Origin: a virus
Reading direction: 5' to 3' (one strand)
Length of the DNA: 50,983 nucleotides
Virus record (IMG/VR): IMGVR_UViG_3300027509_000004
This document shows, in pieces, positions 20,741 to 28,638 of the stretch (its first letter is position 1; each line of letters starts with the position of its first letter). The position numbers were made by a program, and so were the translations under genes. The notes below the pieces were generated by a model that was not told where the DNA came from, ran no database searches, and saw nothing but the letters and a program-made list of their open reading frames with translations.

Positions 20741-21111
20741 TGAAAAAATGGATTTTAAATCTTTTTGGGGGAGGAGCTGGCTGGCTGATAGTCTTGTTAG
20801 TGACTATAGGGCTGGCCTTCGGTGGTGGATTGTATTTAGAGTACAAAGACGCCATTAAAGATAAGGACGAAGCAGAGAAAGCTTTGAAACTGGAGAGGGC
20901 TAATAATGCTTCTCTTCGTATCACTGTCTCTTCTTTGGCACGAACAAACAAGAGGCGTGAAAACGCTGACGAACAGGACGGACAAGATGAAGGAGCTATC
21001 AATGCTACGACAGATTCGAACAGGTGTACTACTTCTGAGCCTATCGTTGTTGCCCTTGACGGGGTGCGCGACGAGTGGAATAGACGCTACACCGACCTTA
21101 ACGATGACTAA
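20740..21111 (+). CDS. i-spanin (Rz-like)
   Basis: N-terminal TM (WLIVLLVTIGLAFGGGLYL) followed by a charged coiled-coil region. Directly after the endolysin. Confidence 0.6.
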   Translation: MKKWILNLFGGGAGWLIVLLVTIGLAFGGGLYLEYKDAIKDKDEAEKALKLERANNASLRITVSSLARTNKRRENADEQDGQDEGAINATTDSNRCTTSEPIVVALDGVRDEWNRRYTDLNDD

Positions 21112-21313
21112 CGGGCAGTTCAACTGTAAGCCTGACCCTAAGCCTCCTGCTGAAGGGAATGAGTCGGACAAATCATTGGCTCTCTATATTGAAAGGTTAC
21201 AGTCTAGGGGGTGGGACTGTGCTGACCAGTTACATGAGATTAAGAACGTCCTTCAGGTAAATGGTATTGAGATAACGGACGTTGTAACAGAAGCACAAAT
21301 AGAAGAGGACTAA
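21002..21313 (+). CDS. o-spanin (Rz1-like lipoprotein), overlapping the i-spanin in another frame
   Basis: SD AAGGAG lies 6 nt upstream of the ATG. Signal peptide plus lipobox (LLLSLSLLPLTG|C). Overlaps the 3' third of the i-spanin gene. Confidence 0.6.
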   Translation: MLRQIRTGVLLLSLSLLPLTGCATSGIDATPTLTMTNGQFNCKPDPKPPAEGNESDKSLALYIERLQSRGWDCADQLHEIKNVLQVNGIEITDVVTEAQIEED

Positions 21314-21317
21314 CTAC

Positions 21318-21578
21318 GTGGCAGACTTCATAGGAAACACACAATTAAACCAAGACGACGGCTCAGGGTGGGAGGACGTTACAGGACTTTTCATCGGCAA
21401 GAATATAGTCATTCAAAATGTTCACCCTAAACACAACATAAGCATTCACCTAGGAGCTTCTGCTCCAGAAGATACAGGTTACGTGTTAACTCCTTTCAAG
21501 TCTGTAGAGGCTGCTGTTATCTCTAAGGTTTGGATAAAGGGCTTACCTTCTGAAGTACACATAAGTGAGACCTCTTAA
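21318..21578 (+). CDS. hypothetical protein (86 aa, GTG start)
   Basis: ORF only; no motif recognised. Confidence 0.35.
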   Translation: MADFIGNTQLNQDDGSGWEDVTGLFIGKNIVIQNVHPKHNISIHLGASAPEDTGYVLTPFKSVEAAVISKVWIKGLPSEVHISETS

Positions 21579-22143
21579 GATGGGAATACTTTCTAAACTC
21601 AATTCTATTAAAAATAACAATGGTTCGTCTGTATTAGCTGTCTTGGTAGACCAAGTACAAATAACTAACACTTCTGTAGAGTCTAGTGTTATGCCTCTAT
21701 CTTCTTCTAGAGGGACTAAAACTATTTTAGCAGACACTCTTCAAGTAGGAGATGTCATACGAATAACTGGCACGGGGGTCTATGGGACCCCTCTTGTAGG
21801 GACAGACGTGACTATCAGAACTAAGGCTAACTCTGTCGTGTTGTCCGAGGTTGTTACAGACGCCATTGTGAGTAACGCCGCTAATGATGCTTTTACGTTC
21901 ACCCTAGAGTCTTCTGTAATGTCTTTAGGGGTTTCAGGAGAAATTGTTTCAGGGGGGAACATTAGTTATCAGTCTTCCAGTGGACGTATACTTAATAACT
22001 TAGACAACAACGGGGTCCCTGTGACTGTAGACACCACCCAAGATATAGTCTTTGATGTTACCCTACAGTGGGACTCTGCCAGCACCGACAGGAATGTTGT
22101 TATGAGCACTTGCACGTTAGAGCTCTTAAGGCCTCCTTCTTAA
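21565..22143 (+). CDS. hypothetical protein (192 aa, S/T/V-rich)
   Basis: Last rightward ORF before the terminator. Beta-rich composition. Confidence 0.4.
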   Translation: MRPLKMGILSKLNSIKNNNGSSVLAVLVDQVQITNTSVESSVMPLSSSRGTKTILADTLQVGDVIRITGTGVYGTPLVGTDVTIRTKANSVVLSEVVTDAIVSNAANDAFTFTLESSVMSLGVSGEIVSGGNISYQSSSGRILNNLDNNGVPVTVDTTQDIVFDVTLQWDSASTDRNVVMSTCTLELLRPPS

Positions 22144-22162
22144 CCTCTTATTCGCAAACGAC

Positions 22163-22203
22163 AAAAAAATAAGCCCCCAAGGATTTCTCCAAGGGGGCTT
22201 TTT
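22163..22203. terminator. bidirectional rho-independent terminator at the convergence of the two arms
   Basis: A7 run (22163-22169), stem AGCCCCC (22172-22178) paired with GGGGGCT (22193-22199), then a T5 run. The structure reads as stem plus U-tract on both strands. Confidence 0.7.
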
Positions 22204-22209
22204 CGTGGG

Positions 22210-22335
22210 TTATTTTTCTTTGTCTAGTATCTTTTGGACCTCTAGGGAAATTTCCCGAAGGTCTGTGAGGATGTCTTCTATCTCCTTATTCTCTAGAAAT
22301 TTCTTATACAATTTTATAGCTGAAGTCAAGGACAT
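22210..22335 (-). CDS. small hypothetical protein (41 aa)
   Basis: Internal ATG of the 65-aa track ORF (MSLTSAIKLYKKFLENKEIEDILTDLREISLEVQKILDKEK), helical and charged. Weak support. Confidence 0.25.
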   Translation of the reverse strand: MSLTSAIKLYKKFLENKEIEDILTDLREISLEVQKILDKEK

Positions 22336-22447
22336 GGTCCCCTTCATTATGAATCCACCTTCTTCCTTCTTCTTTGCTGTTAAAGAGCTTTTTCTTGATT
22401 GTGCCATCAGTATAGGCTATCGTGAACTCTATGTTTTGAAATCTCAT
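22304..22447 (-). CDS. small hypothetical protein (47 aa)
   Basis: ATG 22447 with GGAG 7 nt upstream. Translation MRFQNIEFTIAYTDGTIKKKLFNSKEEGRRWIHNEGDHVLDFSYKIV. Below the size cut-off of the ORF track. Confidence 0.35.
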   Translation of the reverse strand: MRFQNIEFTIAYTDGTIKKKLFNSKEEGRRWIHNEGDHVLDFSYKIV

Positions 22448-22575
22448 GTTAAAACTCCTGTGTTGCTTTACATTTATGGACTTCGTGTCCGGGCCAAATA
22501 ATTACGTTCTCACACTGTGGGATAGTTGAACATCCTCCAACAAGTAAGAAGAACGAGAGCACCATTCCGAAGATT

Positions 22576-24258
22576 TTACGCTCCACATGAACCTCCTACC
22601 CCTGTAATGTCACACACATCGTGTGTCTCAAGGGCTTCTTCGAAAGTCTTTCCTAGTTTAACTACAGCTTCTCCATAGGCAACAGAGGTAAGGGGTTGTC
22701 CTCCTCGGGCCCCATCAGGGTAGCAAGTAAACCCTCTAAGTCGTGAAGCATACTTAGCGAGCAAGTCTCCAAACGGCTTAACAGTGTCTTCGTTGTTTGT
22801 TTTGGACCCCCAACTAGGAAGGTTAATTGTAGAGCTAATTGACATATCAACGTAGTCCTGTATGTCTGCTTGGAATTTAAGTCTTCGCTCGGGGTCATTC
22901 GCCAAGTCGATTGAGGTGTCAATTTCATCAGGGTTTACTCCATATATGTCTATTAATTCTTGTGCCGTTCCATCGACGACGTACTGGTAATGCCACCGTG
23001 AGCCACCTTTGAGGAAACGTCTTTTATAAGAGACTGCATAGAGAGGTTCAATTCCTGTAGTCGTACCAGCGAGGATTCCAATGCTGCCTGTGGGGGCGAT
23101 TGCCCTAACAGCGATTGGTCGAGATACTCCAAGCTCATCCGCAAAGCTGATAGCTGTTTTGTCACTAACTCCACGGTACGTCTGGAGCCACGAGTGTAGT
23201 TCGGGCGTAACTTCATATTTATGTCCTTTCTTTAAGAGCCATTCATGGATACCCATGAGGCCTAGTCCTAAGCGTCTGTTTCGTTCCCTAACCTCTGAGA
23301 CCTTACGGTAGGGGAGGTCAGCTCTAAGAGTGCCACAAAGTAGGAACTTTGTTGCGAGCTCAACAATCGTTGCCATTTCAGCAATTGAATCCACTCGTCC
23401 AAGGTTAATTGAGCCAAGATTACAGACATCTGAGTCGTCGGCTGAGGTGACTTCTGTACAAGCGTTGCGTAGCGTCTCATTTTCCTTGTCAAAGAAGTTG
23501 AAACTAAACCCCGGCTCGCCAGTCTTGAGAGCTTGTCCCACGTTTTTGAGAAATGTGTCACCGTAATCTCCTGTGGCCCAATAATTTGTAAGCCATTTAG
23601 TGTCGTAGTTAAGGCTAATATTGGTCATATCAAGAGGGGCGGGGAAGTTGAAGTCTTCTTGTTTAATGTCCCAAAGAGACTTTCCAGTAGAGCCTACGGC
23701 CATGTTATGCCAGTCTTTGGCGGTCAGGAAGTCTTGAGCGTCTCCGTGTTCCCAATTGAGGGAGGCATAGATAGCAGACCTTCGGGAGCCTCCTTGCATG
23801 ACATTACGACCAATTTCGTTAATCATCTGCATCTTGGGTATAGGGCCACTAGCTGTGCCACCTGTGCGTCCAAGGGGGGAGTCTTTAGGGCGATACACTG
23901 AGTAATCAATTCCAATACCGCCACCAGTCATAAGACAGGACTCGGAGCGCCATGATAGATTAGCCCAGTCTTCACGGGTGTCCTCTTCGGCTTTAAGGAG
24001 ATAACAGTTGTTAAAGAACTTAGCAGGTCTCCCTGCATAGTATAAGTAGCGCCCACCGGGGATGAACTTTAACTGTCGCATAATCTCGGTAAGCTGAGAC
24101 TTCTCGTCGGGTGTCATATCCTCTCGACACACATCCTCGACAAGGGTTCCACAAAGTTCATCCCAAGTTTCAGCGCCCTCATGGGAATACTTTTGGTTGA
24201 ATATGTCCTCGGAGAATTTACTCCTAAAGACGGGGTTTTTGTTACTTCTGTATTTCAC
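22576..24258 (-). CDS. nrdJ: ribonucleotide reductase, class II-type (single-chain)
   Basis: RNR active-site signatures NACTEV and CNLGSINL, and a C-terminal Cys pair. At 560 aa with no beta-subunit gene in the genome, the B12-dependent class is favoured. Confidence 0.75.
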   Translation of the reverse strand: MKYRSNKNPVFRSKFSEDIFNQKYSHEGAETWDELCGTLVEDVCREDMTPDEKSQLTEIMRQLKFIPGGRYLYYAGRPAKFFNNCYLLKAEEDTREDWANLSWRSESCLMTGGGIGIDYSVYRPKDSPLGRTGGTASGPIPKMQMINEIGRNVMQGGSRRSAIYASLNWEHGDAQDFLTAKDWHNMAVGSTGKSLWDIKQEDFNFPAPLDMTNISLNYDTKWLTNYWATGDYGDTFLKNVGQALKTGEPGFSFNFFDKENETLRNACTEVTSADDSDVCNLGSINLGRVDSIAEMATIVELATKFLLCGTLRADLPYRKVSEVRERNRRLGLGLMGIHEWLLKKGHKYEVTPELHSWLQTYRGVSDKTAISFADELGVSRPIAVRAIAPTGSIGILAGTTTGIEPLYAVSYKRRFLKGGSRWHYQYVVDGTAQELIDIYGVNPDEIDTSIDLANDPERRLKFQADIQDYVDMSISSTINLPSWGSKTNNEDTVKPFGDLLAKYASRLRGFTCYPDGARGGQPLTSVAYGEAVVKLGKTFEEALETHDVCDITGVGGSCGA

Positions 24259-24433
24259 TCAAATATCTTTCTGCTTCTTCTTTTGTTAGGAACAAAACTT
24301 TCTCTCTTGTGGGTGTCACACAATGGAGCCAGAAAAGGTTAGGCTTATACTGTGGATAATATATTGTCCAAGCCAAATATCCTGACGTTGTCTGACAATC
24401 TCTTTCCTTAATTCTATACTTCATATTTGTCAA
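24242..24433 (-). CDS. hypothetical protein (63 aa)
   Basis: ORF overlaps its neighbours by a few codons (operon packing). Confidence 0.4.
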   Translation of the reverse strand: MTNMKYRIKERDCQTTSGYLAWTIYYPQYKPNLFWLHCVTPTREKVLFLTKEEAERYLSEIQK

Positions 24434-24785
24434 ATTCGGCTAAAAGTCTAAGAGCCTCTTCTGAGTCTCCTATGATGAGTTCATCTAAAGTTCTAGAATA
24501 CATTTCTTTTAAAGTGTTAAGAGCTTTTTCTTGTTTTTTCAAATCATATGTTATGTTATGAGAGTAGTGAGACAAATCAAAGAAATCATTCAAATACGAA
24601 GGGTAGTTTCCATGAAGTTTTTTCTTTCTTAATTTTAAAGTGCCTTCTTTAAATTCTTTTTGGAGCTTCTCTAAAGTAAGGGGATTGGCCTCCTTTTTAA
24701 CAAAGGATGTTCTAATTTTTTTCTCCTTTTTAACTAACATCTCTGTTAGTCTTTGGCGGATATGTTTAATTTGCATTTGATTCAT
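24414..24785 (-). CDS. hypothetical protein (123 aa, K/E-rich helical)
   Basis: ORF only. Confidence 0.4.
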   Translation of the reverse strand: MNQMQIKHIRQRLTEMLVKKEKKIRTSFVKKEANPLTLEKLQKEFKEGTLKLRKKKLHGNYPSYLNDFFDLSHYSHNITYDLKKQEKALNTLKEMYSRTLDELIIGDSEEALRLLAEFDKYEV

Positions 24786-24789
24786 TGTA

Positions 24790-24972
24790 TTAATCCCATA
24801 ATGAATGTTTATAATCGTCCCACAAGTAATCTCTTGCGGGGGTAATAGTTACGTCGTCAAGGCCACACTCAGGACACGTTCCAGCCCACACTGTGTGGTA
24901 TCCCGGAACAGGCTTACCGCCAAGGGCGATGGAGCAAGGCCTACAAAGGTCTTCCTTGGGCATGTTAGACAT
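24790..24972 (-). CDS. zinc-ribbon protein (60 aa)
   Basis: CRPC ... CPEC four-cysteine arrangement. Confidence 0.45.
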   Translation of the reverse strand: MSNMPKEDLCRPCSIALGGKPVPGYHTVWAGTCPECGLDDVTITPARDYLWDDYKHSLWD

Positions 24973-25255
24973 GCTCAGGGTTCCATTCTTCTGTTTGTTT
25001 AGCCTTTTTGATAATGGCCTTTAAGACTTTCTCTGGGAGAGACTTCCATTCAAGAGCAAATCCTGTTCCAGCTCTTAAGTCTTCTTTTGAGACAAACTTT
25101 TTGAACCAATCAGGTGTCTTGGAATAATTTCTAAGCAAAATCAAGCAGCAAGTATCGTACATATTGTCACTTGCAAGGCTTTTATCTAATTCATAATATC
25201 CGTAAGACCAAAGAAGATAGTCGTCAATTCTATTCAGGAGGTATTTAACGTCCAT
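24965..25255 (-). CDS. hypothetical protein (96 aa)
   Basis: Start moved to ATG 25255, just after the upstream stop. YGYYELDKSLASDNMYD weakly recalls the YYxxDxPxxSDxxYD motif of NAD-ligase domain Ia; this is very tentative. Confidence 0.35.
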   Translation of the reverse strand: MDVKYLLNRIDDYLLWSYGYYELDKSLASDNMYDTCCLILLRNYSKTPDWFKKFVSKEDLRAGTGFALEWKSLPEKVLKAIIKKAKQTEEWNPEHV

Positions 25256-25257
25256 CT

Positions 25258-25623
25258 TTACTCCCCTGTTCCTTTGCATTCTGAACAATCACCTACAGCA
25301 GCTCCGCATTGAACTTCTCCGTATCCTTTGCATCTTTTGCACAGAACAGGAAGACTGTCTATAATAATCCCACAACGGGCTCTTACATGGCTTAAGGGGT
25401 GAGCCCCTGAGTCCTTGTCCTCAGTGATGCCCTTCTCGTACTCTTTCAAGTGTCGTTTAAGGGCTGCTAGGTCTTTCTTAAGGTCTCGTTCTTGGTCAAT
25501 CCAATCAAGGTGCTCCCCGTTCTTAGAGGCTCCGTCTTTGTAGACAAGCTTCTCGTCGTCGAGAACCTTAGGGGAGGGCCAGAAGGAAATCTTATGGATG
25601 ATGTATGTGGACATTTTACTCAT
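25258..25623 (-). CDS. protein with a DnaJ-type cysteine-rich zinc finger
   Basis: The C-terminus holds two CxxCxGxG repeats (CKRCKGYG, CSECKGTG), the unit that forms one zinc centre in DnaJ. Confidence 0.5.
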   Translation of the reverse strand: MSKMSTYIIHKISFWPSPKVLDDEKLVYKDGASKNGEHLDWIDQERDLKKDLAALKRHLKEYEKGITEDKDSGAHPLSHVRARCGIIIDSLPVLCKRCKGYGEVQCGAAVGDCSECKGTGE

Positions 25624-25975
25624 TAAACCAACTCCCAGTCAAGAGAACATTGTCTGGTATATGAACTGATTTCAAAATCTCTATCAGTTCTTCCTTATTC
25701 TGTCCAGCGAGTCCTGTTCCTACAGGGGTGAACTTAAAAGTCAGTTCCGGATTTTCTAAGGCATACATAAAGAAGGTGTCTATATTATCTACTACCTCTA
25801 AAAAAGGAAGGGAGGCTAGTTTTTCATCCTTAGTGGGTAAGGCATAACTATCTCCTGTTCGGCCTTCCCCTATTCCATACTCAGCCCCGTAGTGGTTTCT
25901 AGCATGAAGGGCGGCCCCTTTTCCATGTCGGCCTGAAAGGTTTGAGCCAAATACAAAAATAATGTTATTCGTCAT
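25616..25975 (-). CDS. conserved phage protein, function unknown (Rossmann-like GSNxxGxHGxGAA motif)
   Basis: FVFGSNLSGRHGKGAALHA...GDSYALPTKD is a motif I recognise as recurrent in phage and bacterial proteins, but I cannot assign it to a named family. Confidence 0.4.
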   Translation of the reverse strand: MTNNIIFVFGSNLSGRHGKGAALHARNHYGAEYGIGEGRTGDSYALPTKDEKLASLPFLEVVDNIDTFFMYALENPELTFKFTPVGTGLAGQNKEELIEILKSVHIPDNVLLTGSWFNE

Positions 25976-26141
25976 CTTCAGTCTCCATCATTCCAATCTC
26001 TTCTTTAAGGTCTTCTAGGTGGTCTGACAGGAGGTCCATAAAGGACCCCCCGTCGAACAACACTGAGAACTCCGTATCGAGGAAGTCAACAAGCTCAGCA
26101 GGGGTGAAGTGTTGACTAATCCTCTCAAGAATTGCTTCCAT
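25965..26141 (-). CDS. small acidic protein (58 aa)
   Basis: ATG 26141; the stop overlaps the next start (GATGACGAATAA). Strongly acidic (D/E-rich). Below the track cut-off. Confidence 0.35.
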   Translation of the reverse strand: MEAILERISQHFTPAELVDFLDTEFSVLFDGGSFMDLLSDHLEDLKEEIGMMETEDDE

Positions 26142-26239
26142 GTTATGTTCCTTTTGTTGGTGGCTTGGTGTTGTTAAAGGCCGCTATGAGTAACAATATA
26201 GAGACTGCTATAACAGACCAGTCAAGGGTAGTCATGTTG

Positions 26240-26434
26240 CTATACATTAGGCTTAATCTTTTTCAAAGCTTGTTTTGGATATATTTGAACAGACCCTTTT
26301 TCTGTTTCACTCTCAACAGCGTAACCTTCTTTAGTTAGAGAAGAGGAATAAAATCCTACGACTGTTCCTGTCCAAGAAGAGCCTTTTATTTTTGTAACCC
26401 TATCTCCTAAAGAAAAAGTAAACTCTTTATACAT
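26240..26434 (-). CDS. dfrB: type II dihydrofolate reductase (R67 / DfrB family, SH3-like fold)
   Basis: [51 protein letters not shown] aligns by eye with the R67 core [51 protein letters not shown] (recalled from memory). K32, W38 and S65-V66-Q67-I68-Y69 are conserved. At 64 aa the size fits. Confidence 0.8.
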   Translation of the reverse strand: MYKEFTFSLGDRVTKIKGSSWTGTVVGFYSSSLTKEGYAVESETEKGSVQIYPKQALKKIKPNV

Positions 26435-27164
26435 ATTCAGGCTTTCCTATGCTTTTATCGTGAGTACGCTCAGACATCCAAGTGCCACAAGAATTACATC
26501 TAAACCGTCTGTAACGGAATGAACGTGTCTCACGATAGCCTCGTGCTTGGAGGTCATGTGAACCACAGTTAGTACATCCTGTAGATTTCTCTAAATCAAT
26601 CGGGTGGGCTTTAATCCAAGGTAAGAGCTTTTTGTAAAGCTTCTCGGTTAGATTAACGTCTTGAAGGTTATACTTCTTCATGAGCTTCCATGCACGAGGA
26701 TTGTCCTCTAACATGCAACCTTTAAAGAGCTTCATATAACCTGCTCCGGGAGTCTTACGCCCTAGACCTAGTGTGTCCCCTAAAGAGTCCAGACGGTTAG
26801 AAGTATTCGCAAAGTTTTTACGCGCAATCTTCAAGGTGTCAATGGTTCTAAAAGGAGCTGGGGGAGTAAGTCCGTGTCGGATGAATAAAGCGTTAGCTTT
26901 CTTAACGTCGAATTTATCTACGTTATGCCCTATGACAACATCAGCTTCGTCGAACAGCCCCCAGAGGGTTTTGACCATTTCAATATCGTTGTAAGGGTCT
27001 CCTTCGGGGGGTCGTACAAAGTAGGTTTTCTTTTGCCCGTACCATTTATAGGCGAAGCAAATCATTTGCCAGTCTTTGGTCACTTCAATTATATTAGTGT
27101 TCCAAGTAGACCAAGCGTAACCCGTAATAGGGGTAGTTTCAATATCGTATATAAGTATTTTCAA
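26427..27164 (-). CDS. DEDD-type 3'-5' exonuclease (RNase H-like fold) with C-terminal zinc ribbon
   Basis: Exo motifs [13 protein letters not shown] and YNLQDVNL. C-terminal CTNC...CNSC. Confidence 0.6.
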   Translation of the reverse strand: MKILIYDIETTPITGYAWSTWNTNIIEVTKDWQMICFAYKWYGQKKTYFVRPPEGDPYNDIEMVKTLWGLFDEADVVIGHNVDKFDVKKANALFIRHGLTPPAPFRTIDTLKIARKNFANTSNRLDSLGDTLGLGRKTPGAGYMKLFKGCMLEDNPRAWKLMKKYNLQDVNLTEKLYKKLLPWIKAHPIDLEKSTGCTNCGSHDLQARGYRETRSFRYRRFRCNSCGTWMSERTHDKSIGKPEYV

Positions 27165-27205
27165 AATTTATCCTTGTTCAGCGGAAGAGAGACGACAGCA
27201 AAGGT

Positions 27206-27772
27206 TTATTCTGCCCACGGTGTCAGAGGAATCGCCCCTATCGATAATGGCCTGGGTTTCAATATCCTACTTAAAAACCATTGTTCTCTCCAAGGGCTAT
27301 CTGGGTTAGGGACAGTGGTTATATAAAGAGAGCCGGGGAGACTGGCTACTGTTCCTTTCGGTTTAGTGAGGGCGTTATAGATGTGTAAACGGAGTTCTTT
27401 ATCTTCAACTTGTACCGCCCGACAAACATCGGTGGCTATGACATACTTATCGAAGTGAGCCTTATCAGAAGTTATTATAATGTTGGCCAAATCTTTACGG
27501 TAGCTTATGAAGTTAGAGGTCTTGTATTTATCGTCTCCGTCAATCTCAAACCCTTCTTCCCATAGAACATATGCTAACTCGGAGTAGCCTTGTAGACCTA
27601 CATACACGAGATAGTCATAGTCTGTATCTTCTTTGACGGTGGCAACAGAAGTCTCGCGGGAGCCCATAGGGTAGATATGGGCCTTAGCTTTATGGAGAGC
27701 TCTACGGACATTCTCATTAAGACCTACAGGTAAGTCTTTCTCGTCTGTTATGGTGTACTTTCTCTTAGACAT
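27206..27772 (-). CDS. predicted Pol-beta-superfamily nucleotidyltransferase
   Basis: YPMGSRETSVATVKEDTDYDYLVYV fits the hG[GS]-x(9-13)-DxD minimal nucleotidyltransferase signature. Confidence 0.4.
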   Translation of the reverse strand: MSKRKYTITDEKDLPVGLNENVRRALHKAKAHIYPMGSRETSVATVKEDTDYDYLVYVGLQGYSELAYVLWEEGFEIDGDDKYKTSNFISYRKDLANIIITSDKAHFDKYVIATDVCRAVQVEDKELRLHIYNALTKPKGTVASLPGSLYITTVPNPDSPWREQWFLSRILKPRPLSIGAIPLTPWAE

Positions 27773-27987
27773 TAGTATTTCCTTTCTATGGTATGCCCTA
27801 AGTGGGTTAGAATATCTCGGTAAACCTCGTCAAGACTATATCCAATCAAGGAGGTACATCCAGCATTTGGCTCATAGTCTCCAAAACTTTTACCGTCAAT
27901 AGTGACTTTGAAACCTTCCTCGTAGTTAGAACCACAAGTGTCACAGTCTGTTTCATCAGATAAATCTTCGATTACTATTTTAACCAT
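27772..27987 (-). CDS. hypothetical protein (71 aa)
   Basis: ORF packed with start/stop overlap. One CDTC pair. Confidence 0.4.
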   Translation of the reverse strand: MVKIVIEDLSDETDCDTCGSNYEEGFKVTIDGKSFGDYEPNAGCTSLIGYSLDEVYRDILTHLGHTIERKY

Positions 27988-28346
27988 TTGTCTGGTATCC
28001 TTTTATGTGACCACAGAAACCCTGCCTTGTCGGCCCACATTCCATAAGTAGTTTTTGAGTTTTTATTGAGCTTGTTTTTTGCGTTTTGGAAGACAAACCG
28101 TATGTCTAGCTCTGGATGCTGTTCTTTAATTGCTTTCATCTTACGACGGTCAGCGGGTTTGAGAACACCTTTAGCTTCTATTCGTATTCCGTTGGGGAGG
28201 ATAAAATCAGGAGTATAGTTTGATACGAGCACGTAGGAGTATTTTTCAGACTCGTATTCGTATTCTATTTTCTCCTTGGAGAGTTGAGAAGCAAGAGACT
28301 CTTCAAACTTGCTCCTGAAATTATGTTCTTTATTCTTGGTCGTCAT
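27975..28346 (-). CDS. endonuclease I (T7 gp3-type Holliday junction resolvase)
   Basis: FRSKFEESLASQL..IEYEYE..YTPDFILPNGIRIEAKG..DRRKMKAIKEQHPELDIRFVF parallels T7 endonuclease I (FRSGLEDKVSKQL..YTPDFLLPNGIFVETKG..DRKKHLLIREQHPELDIRIVF). Confidence 0.85.
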   Translation of the reverse strand: MTTKNKEHNFRSKFEESLASQLSKEKIEYEYESEKYSYVLVSNYTPDFILPNGIRIEAKGVLKPADRRKMKAIKEQHPELDIRFVFQNAKNKLNKNSKTTYGMWADKAGFLWSHKRIPDKWLK

Positions 28347-28632
28347 CTAAGGACACCACATAGTCTATATTGCTAAGAGGAGCCATGAATTTGACATCTT
28401 TAGGGTCTTCTCCGAAGATGGCGAAGACAGACTGAACAGAGAGTTGACCATGAACTTCTAGGACTGTGGTAGCACCTAAAGGTGTTGTCACGCTGATGCG
28501 CCAGTCTTTCATCATTAAAAGGTCTTCCCCCGAAGTGTTATCAGCGGCTACCTTTGGTTGGAAGCCTACAACGTTAGTTTTGCTGGGTTTAGCCCCAGTC
28601 TCTTTATTATCGTTGGGTGTTTCGTCAGTCAA
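28330..28632 (-). CDS. hypothetical protein (100 aa)
   Basis: ORF only. Confidence 0.4.
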   Translation of the reverse strand: MTDETPNDNKETGAKPSKTNVVGFQPKVAADNTSGEDLLMMKDWRISVTTPLGATTVLEVHGQLSVQSVFAIFGEDPKDVKFMAPLSNIDYVVSLDDDQE

Positions 28633-28638
28633 GTCTAA

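Noticed and set aside
22205-22501. 98-aa plus-strand ORF after the terminator.
   Set aside because: It lies downstream of a strong terminator, is antisense to two better-supported small minus-strand ORFs that have SD sequences, and has odd composition (F/S/I-rich).
25360-25365. Additional isolated TATAAT hexamers (for example 2781, 8552, 9608, 14491, 25360, 27476, 35052) considered as promoters.
   Set aside because: None has an acceptable -35 element at 16-18 nt or an extended -10 TG. They are expected by chance in a genome of this composition.
26132-26338. 68-aa plus-strand ORF opposite the DHFR gene.
   Set aside because: The minus-strand frame gives a strong family match to DfrB. The plus-strand frame is hydrophobic and low-complexity, without signals.
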